This document shows positions 62,934 through 64,000 of a stretch of DNA of 64,000 nucleotides, in pieces. Origin of the DNA: Tubiluchus corallicola. Taxonomy: Eukaryota; Animalia; Priapulida. Position 1 is the first letter of the stretch; each line of letters begins with the position of its first letter. The notes beneath the pieces are model-generated. The model was given only the letters and a program-made list of their open reading frames with translations. It made no database searches and was not told the DNA's origin. The DNA is taken from positions 74,871 to 138,870 of the forward strand of contig JAQGDQ010000569.1 in the NCBI GenBank assembly GCA_030141605.1. The letters are read 5' to 3'. Both the position numbers and the translations under genes were made by a program.

Positions 62934-64000
62934 GTAAGCTTTAATACTTTGCATTGATTAAATGTCTGCTGCGCGTCTGTTCATGTTTTTTTAGCTTGAA
63001 GTAAACAAACATCATCTCTTCATGTGGGTCTGGAAAATCGCTTACATGTGGCAACTGGCAACATTTAATGGCAATGGGTGGTATCTAGTTAAAAGAATTA
63101 AGTGAGTGAGTGAGTGAGTCAGTCAGTAGGTAAGTGAAATGCACTACTAATGCACTGCTAATGATGATAGCCAGTCAAAGACACAAAATATGCACAGTGC
63201 AGACACTGTTTATCATATACAGCTATTTTTTCATGTCCTACGGCGAGAAAACGGCTGAGTCTTCATGGGGCTTGTTTAGTGACTAATGTTAGGCAATGCT
63301 AAAGCTAGACAGTAAATGGAGTGGCGGTTGCCTGAATCCTTCCCTATGGTGGTTTTCTCTGTCATGTCACTGGCTGTTTACCAAATTAAAGGAAAACAGG
63401 ACAATTGTGTAAACATGAGTTCAGAATAAAGAATGCTCTAAAATATTGAAAACTACAATAGCTTATTTTAAATCAAAGCTTAGATTAAATAATAATTACC
63501 TCGGATACTCAAATTTCGTTAAACTTTCAAAGTCACGCGCGGCTCAGTGAATCTACTAAGATTGGCAACGGCGCCTTTTTGTCACGTTCGCGTGGTCGAC
63601 AAATAGAAGGCAGTGCCGTCAATAACTCAGCATAATTGACTCAATATTTTTCCTTCACACACTTGTGTGTGACCAAACACCTTTTACTACTTCTGCACCA
63701 TCTTTACTTCGCTTTTGTGCATTATGATATGAAACAGTCATGTTAAGTACAGCTTTGTTTATAAACAGGCCGATTTAACATGTGCTATTATGTTAGCCTA
63801 ATGGTTTCGCTTTGAAATCGCCCACTGCTGTTACCTAGTGGTTTCTGGAAGCTGAACACCTAATCACTTGACCAGCGGTTTACTTTTGCCGCTGCCTTTT
63901 CTCAAGGTCATCACCAATTGGTGCCCAAGCACTAGGTGATTGGGTGTTTTGAGTGAATATGTGCAATGCACAGCAACAGATTTTCAATGTTTTTATCAAA

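Overview
AT-rich, intron-rich animal (invertebrate) genomic DNA; the TTAGGG-type repeats and the 5S sequence look non-arthropod, possibly lophotrochozoan (inference). The main finding is a tandem duplicated pair of uninterrupted minus-strand ORFs (8115-11294, 15763-18438). Each fuses a long N-terminal ankyrin array to a cGAS/Mab-21-type nucleotidyltransferase (cGLR) with an intact GS...ExD...D catalytic signature. The paralogs differ by exactly five ankyrin repeats and by a cluster of substitutions around the active site. Further right are a spliced hnRNP A/B/D (squid-like) gene on the minus strand and, head-to-head with it, the 5' RCC1-repeat exons of a small HERC (HERC4-like) E3 ligase. The rest is nested LINE relics, many MITEs (hAT, piggyBac, Tc1/pogo, Harbinger types), a 5S-rRNA-headed SINE with ~74-bp flanking direct repeats, at least eight local satellite arrays, microsatellites and a 144-N gap. 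All calls come from manual reading; no searches were run.
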